Shown here one piece after another: positions 57,473-64,000 of a stretch of DNA of 64,000 nucleotides. The notes beneath the pieces were generated by a model. It ran no database searches. It had not been told where the DNA came from and saw only the letters and a list, made by a program, of their open reading frames with translations. This DNA is from Flaccisagitta enflata (taxonomy: Eukaryota): NCBI GenBank assembly GCA_965153355.1, contig OZ231126.1, positions 30,752,001 to 30,816,000 of the forward strand, read 5' to 3'. The first letter of the stretch is position 1. The number at the start of each line of letters is the position of its first letter. The translations under genes were made by a program, and so were the position numbers.

Positions 57473-59106
57473 TTTTCTCTGATCGACTGAAGCGTTTAAA
57501 GATGGATTCCCCGAAACCCGAACCCACTTCCAATTGGATGACTTTAATTCGTCAAGCCGTGTCTCGAGAATGCGCCGCGCACGATGTCGAGGAATTGGCG
57601 GAAATGGAAACCTGCCCCGAAGACTGGATGCACTTCGTCCACGAAAACATGGACTGGAGTCCGTTTGAAAAGTCCGTCCAGTTGGTTTGGGACGAATGGT
57701 ATGATCATCAGGGCGTCTCTGAGGCGACTTCCATGAATCCCCGTAAAGACGATTTCCATCAACTTGGCCTTCCGCCGCAAATCAACTACAAAGTCAAAAT
57801 CACGGAAAAGGCCGCGATTCAGCCGCGAAAGTCGAGCGTCCGCGGCCGGTACATGGTCGCCAGCGAGGAAATCCCCGCCGGCAGCGTCGTGCTGCAGGAA
57901 AAGCCCTTCGCCTTCGTCCTCAACGGCGAGTTTAAACTGACTCATTGCAGTAACTGTTTCTGTCGACTCGAAGGCGACGATTTTAAAGTCTGCGACAAAT
58001 GCGAGGAAACTTACTTTTGTTCGGACAAATGCGCTCGTCAAGGACTGCAGAGTTTTCATCGTTACGAATGCCCGTTTATGAAAGGCTTACGGAGTTTGAA
58101 GCTGTATCCGTTGGCTTTCCGGATGTTTCTCCACGGATGGACCAACGCCATGCAGATTTATTTGGCCTCCAAGATGATTTCGTTGCAGGCTTTCCTCGAT
58201 CGCGGCCACAGTCTTCCGTCGCCGTCGGAGTTGGATCTGCTCTCCAACTGGCACGTCATTCCCGGCGAGCATTGTCTCAAACACGCCGTCATCGCCAAAC
58301 TCTTCGTCGAAATCCTCAAAGGCGGCGGCCTGTTCCGCGGGCTGCAGAATTACGTCCGCACGGCGGCGAAGGAGAAAGACGGCGTTGATTTGAGTCTGGA
58401 CGACGAATTGTTAAACGAAGACTTGGAACATTTCCTCGGCACGTATCTCTTGGACAATATTCAACGCGTCAAATTCAACTCTTTCGAAATGTCCGAATTC
58501 GTCATGTTGAGGAAAAACCCGATTCACACTTCGGAACCGCTGACGGACAATCAGGATCGACTTTACCGCGTGATCAGCGATTACAACACCACCGGCGCCG
58601 CGACTTACTTGAATACCAGTCAATTTAACCACAGTTGCAAACCCAACTGCAATTTCTATTTCATCAACAACGAGATTGTGGTGAGATCCAACCAGAAAAT
58701 CCCGGCGGGCGGGGAGATTAAAATCAGCTACGGACCGAATGTGATGAACACCAAATCGAAGAAGAAGAGAAAGCGACAACTGGCGGAAAGCTACGGATTC
58801 AATTGTCTCTGCGAACAATGCAACGGGAAATCCATCCGGTCGCAGATCGTGGAAGAAGAGGAGAGAGATAGAAAGATCGAGGCGGGAGTTTGGGACGAGG
58901 AGGAAGAGGAGGAGGCGGCGGCGAGGGCGGCGGCGGAGGAGGAGGAGGCGGCCGCGAGGGAGGAGAATGAGGAAGAGGATGATTTCGAGGATTTGCTGAA
59001 TGACGAACCGATGATTAATCGGAATAAGGAAGCCAGAATCGTGGAAGGGCAAGTTTGTTACAAATTGGCGGAAGCGAATTCGGCGTTTGAGGTCAGTGGA
59101 GGATGA
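57473..59106 (+). CDS. SMYD-family (SMYD4-like) split-SET/MYND lysine methyltransferase, main exon
   Basis: GRYMVASEEIPAG (SET-N), CSNC..CDKC..FCSDKC..HRYEC (MYND), FNHSCKPN..EIKISYG (SET-C), FNCLCEQC (post-SET), acidic tail. Confidence 0.93.
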
Positions 59107-59443
59107 TGACGGTAGTGATGGTGATTTTGAAAAAAGTCGAAGAGACGAAGTCCCTTTGGTCTTTTGGAGTCCTGCAGAGAAAAACAGATTTCTCTTTGTT
59201 TTATGAAGCGTTGGGGCAAGTTGGTGCATTTTGGGGGCAGAATGGGACTACGCATGAAATTAATAGCTAAGAAAGAGCTCATTCTCCTCTTTCAGATGAC
59301 GCCAAGCAGAATTCTGTGCGATCGATAGTTTTGGAGCTATGATTTTTTAAATCTTTTTTTATTTTTTCGCATTTTTCGCATTTTTCCCAAAAACGCGGAA
59401 TCAAGTTAATTGAAGTCTCTCTCTCTCTCTTGGTCTGTCTGTC

Positions 59444-59606
<163 letters not shown>

Positions 59607-59607
59607 G

Positions 59608-59758
<151 letters not shown>

Positions 59759-59809
59759 CTCCCAGCATTTACGACTTTTTTCCTACGGCGATTAGCCGCC
59801 TTTATTGGT

Positions 59810-59831
59810 AGTGATGATGATGATGATGATT

Positions 59832-59875
<44 letters not shown>

Positions 59876-59944
59876 AGGAATGAATATTGAGTAGGTGCAA
59901 GATAGTGATGATCATGATGATGGGAACGAGTAGGTGTTAGATAT

Positions 59945-59987
<43 letters not shown>

Positions 59988-59993
59988 ATTGAA

Positions 59994-60050
<57 letters not shown>

Positions 60051-60169
60051 ATTGATGATGATGATGATGATAAAGTCATTTATGATGATGATGATGATGA
60101 TGGAATGAATATTGAGTAGGTGCAAGATAGTGATGATCATGATGATGGGAACGAGTAGGTGTTAGATAT

Positions 60170-60261
<92 letters not shown>

Positions 60262-60463
60262 AGTGGGTGGACGTTGGTGACGATGACAATGACGATGATG
60301 ATCATGACCATGATGATGATAACGATGACGATGACGGTGACGATGATGACAATGACGATAATGATGATAATGATGATGATGATGATGATGATGACGACGA
60401 TGATGACAATGACAATGATGATGATTCTGATGATCATGATGACAATACTGATGAAGATGACGA

Positions 60464-60532
<69 letters not shown>

Positions 60533-60575
60533 CGTTGTCGTTGTCGTTGTTGTTGTTGTTGTTGTTGTTGACGAT
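59810..60575. repeat. (GAT)n/(GTT)n field with a duplicated 70-bp spacer
   Basis: GGAATGAATATTGAGTAGGTGCAAG...GTTAGATATTG near 59877 and 60102. Confidence 0.9.
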
Positions 60576-60819
60576 AACTGTGATGAATGTAGATTATGGA
60601 GTAGCGGGTAGCGCCGCTACTATACTCGGCAAGACAGAGGCTTTGTCGGCAGCTTAAAGTAGAAGAAGAAGGAGAAAAAAAAGAAGAAGAAGAAGAGGCA
60701 GAAGAAGAGAGAAGAGAGGAAAGAGAGGAAAGAAAGGAAAGAGAGGAAAGAAAGGAAAGAAAGGAAAGAGAGGAAAGAGAGCAAAGAAGAAAGTCGGGAT
60801 AGAAAGAAAGGAAGAAAAA

Positions 60820-60867
<48 letters not shown>

Positions 60868-61755
60868 AATGAAGAAATAAGGGAGTACGAGAATAGGTCA
60901 CCAAAACGAAATGAGCTTGCTACCCTTTTTTTGGCTCAGTAGACTCAAAATATATGGGTTTGTACCAATTTGGGGGCTGTGGCTTGAAAAAAAAACCTCA
61001 GAAGGCCCAAAAAACAAAAACGACCCTATTTTTGACATTTTTAGAGCATTTTTGAGTGAAAATATTAGTTCTTAAGTGAAAATACTAAACTTACTTAAGT
61101 TTTCATGTACCATTTCATGCATCAAAATGCATAGACTCTACATTTCCTCATGATAAGTAGCTTCTTTGCCCTTGAAAAGAATTGGTCAATATCATACAAA
61201 TACGGTATGATTCTTGAGCATTTCAAGTAGTACTGTTTTTCTAGCCTGAGTTGATTTGATCACAACCTCACCAATTGAAAGAAGATATAAGAAAAGTTCA
61301 GATATTTTCTTCAGTACATGTATATATCTGTAATCACATCAACCGTTATTTAGAAATTGAAATTGCATAAAACAATGAATGTGATACCAAACACAATTAA
61401 GTAAGAATCTTGAATAAGAAATCCAATGATCAAGCAGACAATTTGGATGAGCAAAAATAGGAAGTATGAGTTTTAGTCGGTGTGATTATCAAAAAATTGC
61501 ACCTATGTGGAAATGCTATGTGAAAGAAATCATGGGGAAGATCAGTGAGTAGAGTGTGGGAGACAGGAAGAGGGACATAAATAGAATGACCATTTCATAC
61601 GCCAGTTTTTTTTTGATGCAACATGACTACAAATGATTGTTCACCCACAATGATTTTGAAACTCATAAGCTCTCTCTGTGTGTGTAGATGGCACTTTTAA
61701 CCATTATTCTGCCCCATCTGAGCCAATCAGTTGTCTCCACATGGACTGAATGATC

Positions 61756-63580
61756 TCACAGTTGAGAAGGGCAAAAACCAAATCTTTTTTTTTTTACATT
61801 TTTAGTCAAGGTTACTAAAGGCCTGATTTCAAGTATGTGTCTCCTTTCAAAGTCATCCAAAACTTCATCATTGGGATAGATCCTATATGTTTTTCCTTGA
61901 TCATCCTTTGCTCTTGTTTTCAGAGCAGTGAGAGCTTGCACACAAATGCTATCTTGTTGCTGATTGTAAGATTGCACAGATCCAAGGTTCCAGCCATCTT
62001 CTTGCAATGTGATAACAAATTCTTCTTCCTGTAATGGCCAATTGAAGTCTTTTAGAGGCTCCTCCACAGGTACCCTAGACCTCTTTGCTTGCTTATTGGC
62101 AGACTGAGGGGATGTTTCTAGTGAAAGCGTTAAACGCGTTCTGATCGCGTTTTAAGCCAAACGCGTTTTTAGTAGTGGGACCATTGAAAAAAAGTTTCAT
62201 GCCTTCCAAAAATCGAACTCCCAAACCCAAAAATGAGAATTAAGTGACTTACCAGTTCGCCACAAAGCGCTGCACAATCGTGGGGTATGGGATTGGACTT
62301 ATTTCAAAAGTGATTGGCAAGTTATTGCCCAAATGTAGTTTGAGACCGGTGCAAGATTTGCTTGTTCCAAAGATCGCTCTAGTTGCAAAGCAAAAAGGCA
62401 TTCAAATTTTAAAAAAGTCTATACCGGGGTGGCGAACATGCAGAGAGCGAGACTGCAAATTAAAAGTTGCAAGATCGAATCCTGCAATCCCCGAGACTTT
62501 TTTTCAATGGCGTTACTGCCTAAAACGCGTTATTCTTGAAATGCGAATGAAACGCGTTTCAGGCTTTCACTAGAAACATCCCCTAAGTACCTACTGACTC
62601 AGAAGCCACATAGACATCTTCTACAGTAATGACCTCTTGGTCAGATGGGTCAACTGTGTGCAAAGCAAGCAGATTTTCATACATCTGTTTGGCTGTGATA
62701 TTGCACTGTTTGAAATAAACAAAATCATTGGGCATTTCTGAAAACAAAGCCTTTTTCAACTTAACTTCTCTGCTCAGAATAGCCAACTGATCTGCCTCAC
62801 TCAGCTTTTTGATTCTGTCATAGCACTTTTTAACACATAAAGAAATCAGTAAATTTTTGGCCAAATCTCTTGTCAGCTTGTCTGCTTCACTGTCTGTCAA
62901 GGCCAACTTTGCTTTCATGATCTCTTTCTGAGACTTTGAAAAACCTGCTTCAATTTGATGAACTTCTTTCTGTTTGGCCTTTAGCTCCTTGTCCTTCAAC
63001 ATGTTGACTCCCTCATTACCAAAGGCAAGATCTAAACTTGTTTTTAGCACAAGTCTGTCACTGATAGCTTGGAAAGCAGAGCCTCCCTTGCTTCTTAACT
63101 GTTGAGAAAAATGTCCAAAATAATTTTCTCCAATTTTGTTGTCCACAGGGATGGTCTTAAGCTGTTCTTCAGTGAAGATTTCTGACAGAGGCTTTAAGTG
63201 TGTCTCTCCCTGGCTGCTTTCTTTGCTGAGTATTCCAGATATTCTGGACCAAATTCATACTGAATTCTTCGTTGCCTTGACAGAGTTGCAGCAAGCTGTT
63301 TCATCAAGACTTGCATTGCAGTTTATTGACATCACTGCTCAAGATGCTTGCAAAAGACTCCATCCATTCTTGTTTGTACTTTCTTCCAAATCATCCTCAA
63401 GAGCTGGAAGAGCATGCCTCTCAACTGAGCTGAATTTTAAACCTGGGATTGGTTCCATCATTTGTTTGTACAAATTTTGAAGGATACTTCGAAGAGCCAA
63501 ATGAGTTGGTCAAGGTTGCTGATCCAACAGAATACCAAGAAGTGGCTCCATCAAATGATAGCCAACCTCTACAGTTCATT
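61756..63580 (-). pseudogene. C-terminal half of a transposase-like gene with stops, split by a MITE
   Basis: GYHLMEPLL...LSRQRRIQYEFG...IPVDNKIGENYFGHFSQQLRSKGG; removing 62108-62583 and one TSD fuses ORFs 62583-63146 and 61756-62067 in frame. Confidence 0.65.
62108..62583. mobile_element. PIF/Harbinger-type MITE
   Basis: TIR GGGGATGTTTCTAGTGAAAG / CTTTCACTAGAAACATCCCC; 3-bp TSD TGA/TAA. Confidence 0.85.
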
Positions 63581-64000
63581 CATAATGAGAGATGGGACAG
63601 TGATAGTGGAGAAAGGTGAGAGGGGAGTAAAAGTAAAAGAGGAGAGAAAAGAGTGAAACAGAAAGAGGCAAACAGAGTCACAGAAAAAATTTTAAGCACA
63701 ATAACACTTTTATGTGTTTAAAAGATCCATTTTTTGCGAAAAAATGATTTTTTTTTGTCGAATTCTTTGACTAGCAGGGTCTTTTCACTATTTCAGGCAC
63801 ACTTTCTAGTTTTAAAGTTGAAATATAGCTTAGGAATTAGATTAGAACACTTTTTTGCCAAAAATAGCAAGCAAAAATGCTTAAAATCATAGAAAAATCG
63901 ATTTTTTAAGCGATCCGAGGGTTTTTTTTCAACCGATCGAGCTGAAAAAAGTTTCTAACATCTTATCTAAGCCCTACTCACATGTTAATCTGGTAGCAAG

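Larger units (their letters stand above)
60913..64000 (-). mobile_element. Sola-like DNA transposon remnant (right end at the window edge)
   Basis: AAAT-GAGCTTGCTACC at left and GGTAGCAAG at the window end; internal transposase-like frame. Confidence 0.6.

Noticed and set aside
57544-59229. Minus-strand ORFs of 171 and 272 aa
   Set aside because: Antisense shadows of the SMYD coding exon

Overview
This is eukaryotic (animal, probably invertebrate) genomic DNA, dominated by microsatellites and nested non-autonomous DNA transposons. Two intact host genes lie on the + strand: a 6-exon SEC14L1/retm-like gene (PRELI/MSF1 + CRAL-TRIO + GOLD, 856 aa, 45755-53329) and a 2-exon SMYD-family SET/MYND methyltransferase (558 aa, 56569-59106). 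The most notable structure is a 9.3-kb element (33679-42984) that splits a Helentron-type repeat. It has a perfect 5-bp TSD (GAGCA), CACTATG heptamer ends and asymmetric heptamer-13/21 bp-nonamer-like termini reminiscent of V(D)J RSSs. It carries a decayed, spliced RAG1-core/Transib-like transposase gene. Also present: a small Transib-type MITE with a CGTCG TSD, a possible 12.9-kb long-TIR element carrying a decayed unknown spliced gene, HINE/DINE-like elements with different internal satellites, a Sola-like transposase remnant, an ORF1-only LINE fragment, and many Tc1/mariner, hAT, PIF, Mutator-like and Merlin-like MITEs. Superfamily and protein-family calls come from terminal motifs, TSDs and remembered protein motifs; no database search was run.
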